The notes: generated by a model from the sequence alone, not told the origin. A stretch of 64,000 nt of DNA from an uncultured Spirochaetota bacterium (GCA_964521865.1 CAZFTJ010000001.1:256715-320714), one strand, 5' to 3'; numbered from the stretch's first letter, positions 31,627-41,455 are shown. A program made the numbers and translations.

Positions 31627-31800
31627 CGAGTATACCCAGTAATATTATAAGAGGAATAATGTGATTTTCAAAGGATTTTACTAACTTTGGATTTTATAAT
31701 GAAAGAATACAAAGTAGGGATTAGGTCAATTATTTGCACGTATACAACTGTGGTAGCAAAAAGATTAGGATATACCCGTTACTCGGTCGGGAAACATTTT

Positions 31801-33015
31801 TCAGCCCTGTACAAGGTTCAATTTCTCGAATACGTCCTTATAAATGGAAAAATATCCGGACTGAGAAAACTCCTTGATCTTGTCTTCCGGAAGGTTGCCG
31901 AGCAGCGTGTCCATGTACTTGAGTACGGTGCTGATGTTTTTCAAAAGATCGGCGTCGATCGCGGCGCTTTCAGCATCCGCACTCATGGTTTCGAGCTCTT
32001 CCCCCGAGACGCTCACAACTTCTTCGGATTCGGCCGCCCCTTTGGAAAGCGTCTCGAGATCGAAATCTTCGTTGAGTATCTTTTCCTCCTCCTCATCCAG
32101 TGTGATCTCTCCCTCGAAACCCAAATCCTCCGCTCCGCTTTCCGATTCGGCCGTCTCAAACTCCCGGGTCGATTCTTCGGGGATTATCACCTCTTCCCCG
32201 CCGGGCTCCATCAGCGTTACATCCTCTTCGCCTTCTTCCTTCTCAACCTCTCCCGGCAAGGCTTCTTCGGACGGCAGCTCCTCTTCGGTTGTCAGCTCGT
32301 CAACAGAAAACTCCTCCGGCACAGCCTCTTCCCCGACTTCTTCGAGCGAAATCTCCTCCGGAAAGGCCTCTTCTGAAAAAGCTTCCTCTTCTATCCCCTC
32401 GATTTCTTCACCTTCGGGTATTTCACCCGATTCCATTTCCTGTGAAACTGCCTCCTCTGCGCCGAGCACGGGCGGCTCGACAAGACCCCCTTCTCCTTCC
32501 AGATCGAGGGAGTCGAGGTCGATATCGGTTTCAACTGAATCAAGGTATGAGTCCAGGTCCACCTCTGCTTCTTCTTCGACACCTGCTTCGAATTGCACAC
32601 CTTCGGTATCCGTACCTTCTGCACCCTCCGGAATTTCAGCACCTTCTTCTTCCAGGCCGGGAAATTCGGAAATTTCAGGTTCTTCTCCAAGCTCACTCTC
32701 GAGCTCTTCGGTAAAAGATTCCAGATCGGATTCCTCGAGCTCGATTTTTTCAAGATCTTCGGCCGTCAGCTCGTCGATTTCGCCGGATATATCGAATTCC
32801 TCCTCCGGAGTTTCTGCAGTCGGCTCTTCTTCGAAAGCAGATGACGCTTCGGTATCGATCTCAGGAGCTTCCACGGGTTGGGTTTCCTTTTTTTCATCCA
32901 CTATTTCCGCTTCGGAAAGGATGTCGTCGAGTTCGTCTTTCGACAGGGCGATAGTTTCATCCTCGTCTGTTTGATCGTCAAAGGGTGAAGACGCTTTTTC
33001 CTCGTTATCACTCAT
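31801..33015 (-). CDS. Hyper-acidic low-complexity protein (~40% Asp/Glu) with conserved-looking ~45-aa C-terminal tail
   Basis: MSDNEEKASSPFDDQTDEDE…, with long runs of E/D/S/L. The C-terminus is LLKNISTVLKYMDTLLGNLPEDKIKEFSQSGYFSIYKDVFEKLNLVQG. The likely start is the ATG at 33015 after GGGGGAA. The antisense Ser-rich ORF 31874..32974 is an artefact of this composition. Confidence 0.55.
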   Translation of the reverse strand: MSDNEEKASSPFDDQTDEDETIALSKDELDDILSEAEIVDEKKETQPVEAPEIDTEASSAFEEEPTAETPEEEFDISGEIDELTAEDLEKIELEESDLESFTEELESELGEEPEISEFPGLEEEGAEIPEGAEGTDTEGVQFEAGVEEEAEVDLDSYLDSVETDIDLDSLDLEGEGGLVEPPVLGAEEAVSQEMESGEIPEGEEIEGIEEEAFSEEAFPEEISLEEVGEEAVPEEFSVDELTTEEELPSEEALPGEVEKEEGEEDVTLMEPGGEEVIIPEESTREFETAESESGAEDLGFEGEITLDEEEEKILNEDFDLETLSKGAAESEEVVSVSGEELETMSADAESAAIDADLLKNISTVLKYMDTLLGNLPEDKIKEFSQSGYFSIYKDVFEKLNLVQG

Positions 33016-33125
33016 GTAATTCCCCCGCAAAAAGCTAATTGCTTCTGCCGACTAATCTATATAATCTAATATATAGTATAAAATTGGAAAATCCAGTAAA
33101 ATACGTATGCCCGGTTTCTGTATTC

Positions 33126-33512
33126 TTATCTGATAATAACACAATCCCTTAACTTTTCAAGTTTTTTTACACCGATTCCGTTCACCTCGATGAGATCGTC
33201 CACGCGCGTAAAGTCGCCGTATTTATTCCTGTACTCGATGACATGCAGTGCGGTTTCCCTCCCTATGCCCGGAAGGCGCATGAGCTTGTCGATATCCGCG
33301 CTGTTTATGTCTATCTTCTCTGCCGTGATGTTGTCGATGGCGGCAGACGGTGCAGGTGCATCCGTGCCGGTGTATTGCGTTTCGCGGACGTGCGAGGGCG
33401 GGCCGATATTGATATACATTCGATAGAACCGGTACCTGCTGAGAGATAGAAAAAACAGGCCCAGCGCAAGCAGCGCAAAAAAGGCGTACAAAACGATGCT
33501 TTTTCTTCTCAT
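33126..33512 (-). CDS. comEA: ComEA-family helix-hairpin-helix DNA-binding competence protein
   Basis: N-terminal TM/signal anchor, then tandem HhH motifs INSADIDKLMRLPGIGRETALHVIEYR…LIEVNGIGVKKLEKL. Confidence 0.8.
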   Translation of the reverse strand: MRRKSIVLYAFFALLALGLFFLSLSRYRFYRMYINIGPPSHVRETQYTGTDAPAPSAAIDNITAEKIDINSADIDKLMRLPGIGRETALHVIEYRNKYGDFTRVDDLIEVNGIGVKKLEKLRDCVIIR

Positions 33513-33599
33513 GGCGGTATATCGTACCCTGTTATGTCAGAAATGTCAAAAAAATATTTCTTGCTTTTTAAAACGCATGATTTATTATTACAGTAGTAT

Positions 33600-34730
33600 A
33601 TGAATAATCAAAGATATGCTATACTTATCGGTGTAAATACAGGCAAAAGAAACAACGAAGATCACGAATTGTCCCTCGACGAGCTCTCCCTCCTTGCGGA
33701 AACCGCCGGGTTTACAACCAGAGCAAAAGTCGTTCAGCATAGAGAAAAGATAGATGCGGCATGGTATGTGGGTGAGGGGAAGGCCCGGGAAATACGGCAT
33801 CTTGCACGGGAAAACGGAGCGGATGCGGTTGTTTTCGATTTCGAGCTCTCCCCGGTTCAGCTCAGAAATCTCGAACAGGTGATAAAACGCAGGGTCATTA
33901 CGAGAACCGAAATCATTCTAGAGATATTCGGGAAACGCGCCCGGACAAAAGAGGCCAAACTGCAGGTGGAGCTTGCAACCCTCGTTTACTCGCTCCCTCG
34001 ATTGCGGCATATGTGGCCGCATCTGAACAGAATCGAAGGAGGAATCGGCATGCGTGGGCCCGGCGAGAAGCAGCTCGAAATGGACAGGCGCCGCATATCC
34101 ATGCGGATCACAAAGATCAAGAGAGACCTCGTGTCGGTCGGCAAACACCGTATGGTCATCCGGAAAAACAGACAGTACAAAAACCGTGTTGCGCTCGTGG
34201 GGTACACCAACGCCGGTAAATCGTCGCTTCTCAATGCGCTCTCGCACTCCAGCCTGTACACCGAAAGCAGGCTCTTTGCAACTCTCGATCCTGCGACGCG
34301 CGAGGTATGGCTTGGAGAAGGGACGAAGGCGCTGGTTACCGATACGGTCGGTTTTATAAAGAGGCTCCCCCATACCCTTATCGCCTCATTCAGGTCGACG
34401 CTCGAAGAGGTGAAGGAGGCGGATATTCTTCTGCATGTCGTGGATATTGCATGTCCAGACGCAGCAGAGAGGATTGAAGCGGTGAACGAGGTGCTCTCCC
34501 AGATATCGGCTGCATCCATGCCGGTGTTTTACGTGTTCAATAAGGCCGATCTTCTGTCCGGCAGGAATGTCAAGGCCTCGCTCCTCAGCCGATTCCGTGA
34601 TAATGCCGTGGTGTCCGCAAAAACGGGTGAGGGGCTGGATTATCTCAAACATACCCTCTGCCTGTTTTTTCAGCAACTGTCACGCGTTCGGTATGACGTA
34701 GCTTTCAGCAGGCAGCAGGTGTACGAGTAG
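33600..34730 (+). CDS. hflX: GTPase HflX
   Basis: HflX N-domain, G1 GYTNAGKSSLLNAL, G3 DTVGF and G4 NKAD; 376 aa. Confidence 0.85.
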   Translation: MNNQRYAILIGVNTGKRNNEDHELSLDELSLLAETAGFTTRAKVVQHREKIDAAWYVGEGKAREIRHLARENGADAVVFDFELSPVQLRNLEQVIKRRVITRTEIILEIFGKRARTKEAKLQVELATLVYSLPRLRHMWPHLNRIEGGIGMRGPGEKQLEMDRRRISMRITKIKRDLVSVGKHRMVIRKNRQYKNRVALVGYTNAGKSSLLNALSHSSLYTESRLFATLDPATREVWLGEGTKALVTDTVGFIKRLPHTLIASFRSTLEEVKEADILLHVVDIACPDAAERIEAVNEVLSQISAASMPVFYVFNKADLLSGRNVKASLLSRFRDNAVVSAKTGEGLDYLKHTLCLFFQQLSRVRYDVAFSRQQVYE

Positions 34731-34744
34731 CATCAATTCCTCGA

Positions 34745-36484
34745 ATGCGCGCAACTATCCGCTTTATACATACACTGGCATCTTCGTTCAAAAACAGTGA
34801 GAGGCTCGCCTTCCCGCAGGAATTCGCCCTTGTTTCGGCTTTTGCCGGCACAATCGCCGCCGCTCTGTCGTATTTCCTGATTCCTGTCCGGATATATACT
34901 CTGAGTATTGTGCTCTGCGGTTTTGCGGTTGCCTCCTGCGCCGCCGCTGTATTATTAAAGCAAAAAAACGGCGGCTTTCCGGTGTACACGGTGCTCTTTT
35001 TTCTGCTCTGTGCATACGCCCTGTATCGGTATGCGCCGGATTTTTTTCCATTCGGAGAGCGGGTTCGCCTCTCCCTCAAGGTCACCTCATATCCCGTGTT
35101 CAGGCGAAATGCCTTCAGCTTTGATGCCCGTGTGCTGCGGATAGAGACCCCGGACAAAGCGCCGGCTGAAGAAACACTGTCCGGCGGAAGGAAAGGCAGC
35201 CGCCGTTTTTTCGATAAAAGCAGCCGCCGTCTCTCAGGTAAAGGCGGCCTTTCTTCCGGCGGCCGGAGGGACGACGGCCATCGGGAAGAAAGCGGGGTCG
35301 GCATGCCCGGGAACCGGGGCTACCCGGGTTATTTTGCGCCGATGACCGGGCTGGTGCCCGTAAAGAAAGTGAGTGCGCGTGTCGGAAGCTTCGGGTCGGG
35401 GATAAAGAGGGGGGATACCCTGGGACTGAACGGGATGTTTTTTGCTCTTTTGGACGAAGGATTCGGCTCCTACGGCAGGTATCTTCGGTCAACGGGCGCA
35501 GGTGCGATTTTTGAAGCGTACGCTGCAGGAGGAGTGGTTCAGAAGCGGCCGTTCATGCTCTCCCCGGTGATGCTTTCGGGCATGATGAAAAACTATATTC
35601 TGCAGGTGAACAGGAAGACTCTGCCCTATCCGCAGAACGAGTTTGCAACTGCGCTCATAACCGGGGACAGAAGCTCGCTGCCACGGTACATGACCGATGC
35701 ATTCAGAAAAAGCGGCACCATGCACATCCTGGCGGTATCGGGACTTCATATCGGGTATCTGGTGATCTTTCTTTTCTTCATTCTCCGTCTGTTCAGGCTG
35801 AACAGGGTGGCGACGTATGCTCTTCTCGGAATCTTTGTACTGTTTTTTATGATTTTTGTCGGAGAAAGAGCGTCGGTGCGGCGGGCTGCCTGTATGACCC
35901 TCTGCGGAATTTTCTGCTATATATTCGACAGAGACAAAAATTATCTCAACGCCCTCGCCCTCGCATTCTGCATCCTCTGGCTTATCAATCCCCTCTCGAT
36001 TGAGAATCCCGGCTTTCTCCTTTCATTCTGCGCGGTTTTCGGTATTCTTTTCATTGCCGGGCCCATATACAGGGTGATCAGGGTGCACATGCCGGGATTT
36101 CTTGCAGGATCGATTGCGGCAAGCGCTGCGGTGCAGGTGTATATCTTTCCCGTTATGACCGCATTCTTCCGGGAGTTTCCATACATCAACATCATTGCCA
36201 ACGTCCCCATCGTGCCGCTTGCAGGTGTTTCGCTTGCACTGGAAGCTTCGGCGCTCATTCTGTATCCGGTTATTCCGCCTGCTTCCCTGCTTCTGTCGGA
36301 GGTAAATACCGTTGTGATTGCGACGATGTTCCGCCTTGCCCGGCTTTTTGCCGGGGTGCCGCCAATTACGATCCCCCATTTTCCAGCAGCGCTTGTTCCG
36401 CTGTACCTTTTAACGGTAACGCTTTTGCTCCTTCCAATCGTTCAAAAAGGTAAGGGGCCTGACACAAGGGTACAGGCGATTTGA
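34745..36484 (+). CDS. comEC: ComEC/Rec2-family DNA internalisation channel protein (no C-terminal metallo-beta-lactamase domain)
   Basis: The competence domain ITGDRSSLPRYMTDAFRKSGTMHILAVSGLHIGYLV and a polytopic membrane core. The 579-aa length means a C-terminal metallo-beta-lactamase domain is absent from this ORF. Confidence 0.75.
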   Translation: MRATIRFIHTLASSFKNSERLAFPQEFALVSAFAGTIAAALSYFLIPVRIYTLSIVLCGFAVASCAAAVLLKQKNGGFPVYTVLFFLLCAYALYRYAPDFFPFGERVRLSLKVTSYPVFRRNAFSFDARVLRIETPDKAPAEETLSGGRKGSRRFFDKSSRRLSGKGGLSSGGRRDDGHREESGVGMPGNRGYPGYFAPMTGLVPVKKVSARVGSFGSGIKRGDTLGLNGMFFALLDEGFGSYGRYLRSTGAGAIFEAYAAGGVVQKRPFMLSPVMLSGMMKNYILQVNRKTLPYPQNEFATALITGDRSSLPRYMTDAFRKSGTMHILAVSGLHIGYLVIFLFFILRLFRLNRVATYALLGIFVLFFMIFVGERASVRRAACMTLCGIFCYIFDRDKNYLNALALAFCILWLINPLSIENPGFLLSFCAVFGILFIAGPIYRVIRVHMPGFLAGSIAASAAVQVYIFPVMTAFFREFPYINIIANVPIVPLAGVSLALEASALILYPVIPPASLLLSEVNTVVIATMFRLARLFAGVPPITIPHFPAALVPLYLLTVTLLLLPIVQKGKGPDTRVQAI

Positions 36485-36633
36485 ATCAGGATATGAACAT
36501 TAAGACAGTGGGCGGTAGCGCGACATCGGTTGTGCGGCAGAGGCAAGTAAAGCAGGCGAATTAACCCCCGGTCTCTCCAGAACCGAATTTTGCACTGACG
36601 ATACGAACGGGTGGTACAGATAAACGCGGGGAT

Positions 36634-39441
36634 TTACTCCCGGGTCTTTGACGTGTAGTGAGCATCGACCACCGATGCGCACCGGTCGCAGAGGTCCGGG
36701 TATGTGCCGTTCTGTCCGACGCTTTCGAGGTACCGCCAGCACCGCTCGCATTTTTTTGCGTCGGACTTTTTCACCTTCACACCGACGAGCTCGCCCTCGA
36801 AACAGTCCTGATCGGCGGCATCCTTTTTGAAAAGCTCAACCCCGGATACGACGAAGAGCGGCGCAAGCTGCGCCCTGTTTTCATCGAGCAGCCGATACAA
36901 ATCGTCGTCAGCGTAGATCTCAACCTCGGATTCGAGCGAGTGCCCGATTGTTTTTGCTATTCTCAGCTCCTCGATGGGCTTCAGCACATCCTTTCGAACG
37001 GCGATGAGGGTGTTCCACACTCCGGCGAGTATTTCATCCTTGAAATTCTCGTTCACCGTGGGGAAATCGATGAGGTGCACGCTTTCTTCACAGGGGATTT
37101 TACCGGGCTTCAGTACTTCGTCGACGAATATCCTGTAGGCCTCTTCTGCGGTGAAGCTCAGTATGGGCGCGACGAGGGCCAGAAGGTTTTCAAGGGTATG
37201 AAAGAGCGCGGTCTGCGACGATTTTCTCGAAAGCGTCGGGCCGGAGCAGTACAGCTTGTCTTTGACGATGTCCAGGTAGAAGGAGCTCAGGTCGATATTA
37301 CAGAAGTTGATCATCTCCTTCACGATGGTGTGAAACTGCCAGTGCTCGTAAGAATCGAGTATCCGTGCAGTTATCTCCCGGAGCCTGTGTAAAAGCCACC
37401 GGTCTATGTCTTCGAGCTCTCCCGCGTCGAGCATGTCCTTTTTCGGGTTGAATCCTGCAAGGTTTCCGAGCATGAAGCGTATGGTGTTTCTTATTTTTCT
37501 GTACGAGTCTACGAGCTGGCCGAGTATCTCTTCCGAGATGCGTATATCGACCGAATAGTCGGACGACACCGCCCAGAGACGTATGATGTCGGCGCCGTAC
37601 TTCTGTATCACCTCTTCCGGGGCAACGGTGTTTCCGAGGGACTTGCTCATCTTCTTACCCTCGCCGTCCACGGTAAACCCGTGGGTGAGCACGGCCCGGT
37701 AGGGAGCAGCGTCCCTGGCGGCAACCGCGGTGAGCAGCGACGACTGAAACCAGCCCCTGTGCTGGTCGGAGCCTTCGATGTACAGGTCGGCAGGCCAGTA
37801 AAGCTCTTTTCGCGTTTCGAGCACCGCGGCATGCGAAGAACCGGAATCGAACCATACGTCCATGATATCGCTTTCCTTGGTAAACTCACTGCCGCCGCAG
37901 TGAGGGCAGGTGTACCCACCGGGCAGAATTTCCCGGGCGCTCTTTACGAACCAGCTGTCCGACCCCTCCTCCGCAAATAGATTTTCAACCGCTTTCAGCG
38001 TGGTATCGTTGATGATCTCTCTGCCGCAAGAAGAGCAGTAGAAGATGGGAAGAGGCACTCCCCATGTCCGCTGACGCGATATGCACCAGTCGGACCTGTT
38101 TTCCACCATGGATTTGATCCGGTTGGCGCTCGAAGCCGGAATCCACTCGACGCTGTCTATGGCCGCAATCGCCTCTTCCCTGAAGCCGTCGATAGAGGTA
38201 AACCACTGCTCCGTCGCCCTGAAGATGACGGGGTTTTTGCACCGCCAGCAGTGCGGGTAGCTGTGTGTGAGGGACCCGACGCCGAGCAGCACGCCGATTT
38301 CATCGAGGTACTCGATGATCTTCCGGTTTGCATCCTGCGTGAACAGACCCTTGAATCTGGGGACCTCGTCCGTAAATCTTCCGTAGTTGTCGAGGGGCGA
38401 TACTATATCCAGGTTGTACTTTATACCCGTCTCGTAGTCCTCGAGCCCGTGGCCCGGAGCCGTATGCACGGCACCGGTGCCTGTGTCCAGGGTCACGTAG
38501 TCGGCGAATACGACCGGAGAGTCCCGGTCGATGAAGGGGTGGCGCAGCACCACTCCCTCGAGCTCGTGCCCCACGAATCGCCGTATCACCTTTTTTGTGC
38601 CGATGCCCGTTTTATCCGAGAAATCGCCGAGCAGTTCGGTTGCAGCGACATACTTCCTTCCGTCATGCTCGAACAGGGCGTATTCGAAATCGGGATGCAG
38701 GGCGACGCCGGTGTTGCCGGGCAAAGTCCAGGGTGTTGTCGTCCAGATGACGAAGAATGCCCCCCTGAGCTCGTCATACTTCGCAAACCCGTCCTTCACC
38801 CTGAAGGTAACGTAGATGGAGGGCGATGTGTGGTCGTGATACTCGACCTCGGCGTCCGCGAGCGCGGTCACACAGCTCGTGCACCAGTACACCGGTTTCA
38901 GCCCCTTGTAGATGTGGCCCTTTTTTGCCATCTCGCCGAATATCTCGATCTGCTTCGCTTCATAGGCGTGGTGGTAGGTGACATAGGGGTGTTCCCAGTC
39001 GCCCCACACGCCGAGCCGCCTGAACTGGTCGGTCATGGTGCGGATGTATCTGGTGGTAAACTCCTTGCACTTTTTCCTGAACTCGATGGCGGGAAGGCTG
39101 TCCCTGTTGAGCTTGTACGCCTTCAGCACCTCGGTTTCTATGGGGAGGCCGTGCGTATCCCAGCCGGGCACGTATGGAGAATAGTATCCCATCATTGTTT
39201 TGTATTTTACGATGAAATCCTTCATCACCTTGTTGTACGCCGTGCCGATGTGTATCTTCCCGTTTGCATAGGGCGGGCCGTCGTGGAGGATAAACGTTTT
39301 GCCGCCTTTTCTCTTTTCGACGACCTTCTCATATATTTTTTCCCTATCCCACTGTCCGATCATCTCGGGCTCTTTTTTTGTAAGCCCGGCTCGCATTGGA
39401 AAGGATGTTTTCGGCAGAAACAAGGTGTGGTCGTACGACAT
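36634..39441 (-). CDS. ileS: Isoleucine--tRNA ligase (type 1, C-terminal zinc finger)
   Basis: KTFILHDGPPYANGKIHIG (HIGH region, nearly identical to E. coli IleRS), KMSKS (GKKMSKSLGN), and C-terminal CERCWRY…CDRC. The start is re-assigned to Met29 at 39441 (MSYDHTLFLPKTSFPMRAGL matches the IleRS N-terminus). Confidence 0.9.
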   Translation of the reverse strand: MSYDHTLFLPKTSFPMRAGLTKKEPEMIGQWDREKIYEKVVEKRKGGKTFILHDGPPYANGKIHIGTAYNKVMKDFIVKYKTMMGYYSPYVPGWDTHGLPIETEVLKAYKLNRDSLPAIEFRKKCKEFTTRYIRTMTDQFRRLGVWGDWEHPYVTYHHAYEAKQIEIFGEMAKKGHIYKGLKPVYWCTSCVTALADAEVEYHDHTSPSIYVTFRVKDGFAKYDELRGAFFVIWTTTPWTLPGNTGVALHPDFEYALFEHDGRKYVAATELLGDFSDKTGIGTKKVIRRFVGHELEGVVLRHPFIDRDSPVVFADYVTLDTGTGAVHTAPGHGLEDYETGIKYNLDIVSPLDNYGRFTDEVPRFKGLFTQDANRKIIEYLDEIGVLLGVGSLTHSYPHCWRCKNPVIFRATEQWFTSIDGFREEAIAAIDSVEWIPASSANRIKSMVENRSDWCISRQRTWGVPLPIFYCSSCGREIINDTTLKAVENLFAEEGSDSWFVKSAREILPGGYTCPHCGGSEFTKESDIMDVWFDSGSSHAAVLETRKELYWPADLYIEGSDQHRGWFQSSLLTAVAARDAAPYRAVLTHGFTVDGEGKKMSKSLGNTVAPEEVIQKYGADIIRLWAVSSDYSVDIRISEEILGQLVDSYRKIRNTIRFMLGNLAGFNPKKDMLDAGELEDIDRWLLHRLREITARILDSYEHWQFHTIVKEMINFCNIDLSSFYLDIVKDKLYCSGPTLSRKSSQTALFHTLENLLALVAPILSFTAEEAYRIFVDEVLKPGKIPCEESVHLIDFPTVNENFKDEILAGVWNTLIAVRKDVLKPIEELRIAKTIGHSLESEVEIYADDDLYRLLDENRAQLAPLFVVSGVELFKKDAADQDCFEGELVGVKVKKSDAKKCERCWRYLESVGQNGTYPDLCDRCASVVDAHYTSKTRE

Positions 39442-39911
39442 GGAGCTCCCCTGAGCTGTACATGCAGTGAAACGGGATGCGATAAGGCCGTACACTGCAG
39501 ATAAATGTAAAAATGTAAAGTACACGAATAATAATTACGCTTGGGTGTTCAGTCAATCACTATTTGGAGGCCTATCGGGCGGTTTGAAGGGCACAAAAGC
39601 TTTTGCCTCGACTAATACTGCAAAGACTAATACTGCCGCGACTAATGCTTGACAGATGGTGGCATATGACTTAAGGTTTTTGAGGAGGCCGGGGAAGCAT
39701 CGAGGCCGGGAGGCGCTGCAGCGGATGCGGGCGAAGCCCGGTACAAATGGTATCCGCGGTTTTCATTAGTAAACAGTGCCGTGTAAGGATTTTTTATATA
39801 CCGAAAAGCGGTTATTCGGTTTGATTCGTCTTTTTCGAAGAGCCGGGTAACCGGGCAGCGGGCCGGTACCGCGGCATCGACCGATACGCTCAAACGGTCG
39901 GGAGGAGGGAG

Positions 39912-40352
39912 ATGGATACAAAAGATGTGATGCGTGAAATCGAAAAGATCGTCGACACCGTGAAGACCGCCGTGCTTGCGACGACCGACGAGGAAGGCAG
40001 GTCGGCCATGCGGTGGGTTACACCCGTGCTGCTTCGGGGGAGAACAGGCGCCATATACATGGTAGCCTCGCCCGATTCCAATAAGGTACGGCACGTGCGC
40101 AAGAATGCGGATGTACAGTGGATGATGCAGACGAAGCCGCTCGATACTGTTATCAATATATACGGCAAGGTCAATGTTCTGGACAATCCTTCAATACGGA
40201 ATGAAGTTCTCGAGGTCGTCGGGCCGAGGCTTCATGCATTCTGGAAGGTCACGCACGACGAGAGAGACCTCCTGGTTCTTGAAACGATTATTCAGAAGGC
40301 GGTGTACTATATCACGATGAAGGGAATAAAGGAGGAAGTGCCGTTCGGGTGA
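39912..40352 (+). CDS. Pyridoxamine 5'-phosphate oxidase-like FMN-binding protein (general stress protein 26 family)
   Basis: 146 aa split-barrel fold pattern (VKTAVLATTDEEGRSAMRWV…). Confidence 0.6.
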   Translation: MDTKDVMREIEKIVDTVKTAVLATTDEEGRSAMRWVTPVLLRGRTGAIYMVASPDSNKVRHVRKNADVQWMMQTKPLDTVINIYGKVNVLDNPSIRNEVLEVVGPRLHAFWKVTHDERDLLVLETIIQKAVYYITMKGIKEEVPFG

Positions 40353-40492
40353 ATTGCAGGTGGTGCGGCCCTGGCCCGACCGCATCGGTTTGAACCGGGG
40401 ATTGTCGCCGGGGCCGACTTTTTTTTGTGCAAACAGTCCGGATAACGAGGAAGATGCGCAAAGAGAGTGAAATTTTTTAATCGGGTGAGGAT

Positions 40493-41455
40493 GTGCAGTA
40501 TAAAAAGGAATTTCTCCAGCAGCTTCTGAGGCAGATGCTTCTGATACGGAGGTTTGAGGAGAAGTCGGCGCAGATGTACGGCCTGCAGAAGATCGGCGGT
40601 TTCTGCCATCTCTACATCGGACAGGAGGCCGTTGCAGTCGGCGCCGTCGCTGCGCTTGACCTCGCCACCGACTACGTCGTCACTGCCTACAGGGACCACG
40701 GGCACGCCGTAGCGTGCGGTATATCCGTAAACAACATCATGGCCGAGCTGTTCGGCAAAAAAACCGGCTGTTCCGGGGGCAAGGGCGGGTCCATGCACAT
40801 GTTTGATGCCGAAAAGCACATGTTCGGCGGCAACGGCATCGTCGGCGCTCATATTCCCATTGCGACAGGTGTCGCCTTCAAGATTCGGTCGAAGGACGAA
40901 AGGGGTGTTGTGGTCTGTTTTTTCGGCGACGGGGCAATTCACCAGGGCTCCTTTCATGAGAGCCTCAATATGGCTAAGATATGGGACCTCCCCATCGTGT
41001 ATATATGCGAGAACAACCAGTACGGCATGGGCACCGATTTCAAACGCGTATCGGCGGTCGAGGATTTTGCGGTGATGGGCAGCTCGTACGGAATCGAGGG
41101 AAAGCAGGTGGACGGCATGGATGTGCTGAAGGTGTACGAACAGGTTTCGAAAGCGGTTAAAACCGTAAAAAAAGCACATGTCCCCCAGCTCCTCGAGATT
41201 CGAACCTACCGGTACAAGGGGCATTCCATGAGCGATCCGGCAAAGTACCGATCCAAAGAAGAGCTTTCGTCCTACAGGGAAAAAGACCCCATACTCATAC
41301 TCAAGCAGTACATGACGGACGCTGCGCTCATAACGGAGGAAGGGTACAGGCGGATGGATGCGGCGTGCAAGAAACAGTGCGACGAGGCGGTTGCCTTTGC
41401 CGAAAAAAGCCCCCAGCCGGATATTTCGGCGCTCTACGAGGATGTATTCGCCTGA
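40493..41455 (+). CDS. pdhA: 2-oxoacid (pyruvate/acetoin) dehydrogenase E1 component alpha subunit
   Basis: ThDP-binding GDGA…N motif and YRYKGHSMSDP (the phospho-loop region of E1 alpha). The start is a GTG in the track. Confidence 0.85.
   Translation: MQYKKEFLQQLLRQMLLIRRFEEKSAQMYGLQKIGGFCHLYIGQEAVAVGAVAALDLATDYVVTAYRDHGHAVACGISVNNIMAELFGKKTGCSGGKGGSMHMFDAEKHMFGGNGIVGAHIPIATGVAFKIRSKDERGVVVCFFGDGAIHQGSFHESLNMAKIWDLPIVYICENNQYGMGTDFKRVSAVEDFAVMGSSYGIEGKQVDGMDVLKVYEQVSKAVKTVKKAHVPQLLEIRTYRYKGHSMSDPAKYRSKEELSSYREKDPILILKQYMTDAALITEEGYRRMDAACKKQCDEAVAFAEKSPQPDISALYEDVFA

Noticed and set aside
31874-32974. 366-aa Ser-rich ORF on the plus strand
   Set aside because: It is exactly antisense to the hyper-acidic protein gene. 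GAA/GAG/GAC-rich codons read as TTC/CTC/GTC-type Ser/Leu/Val codons on the opposite strand, so it is a composition artefact with no start-site support.
36485-36633. Possible small RNA between convergent comEC and ileS (paired CCCCGGTCTC / CTCCCGGGTCTTT motifs)
   Set aside because: It is too short and lacks any recognisable conserved RNA family signature (SRP, 6S, tmRNA). It is most likely just convergent terminator/UTR sequence, and I cannot confirm without covariance-model searches.
38251-39504. 417-aa ORF (plus 36658..37392, 244 aa) on the plus strand within ileS
   Set aside because: Antisense to the IleRS gene, which has unmistakable HIGH/KMSKS motifs. High-GC antisense artefacts.
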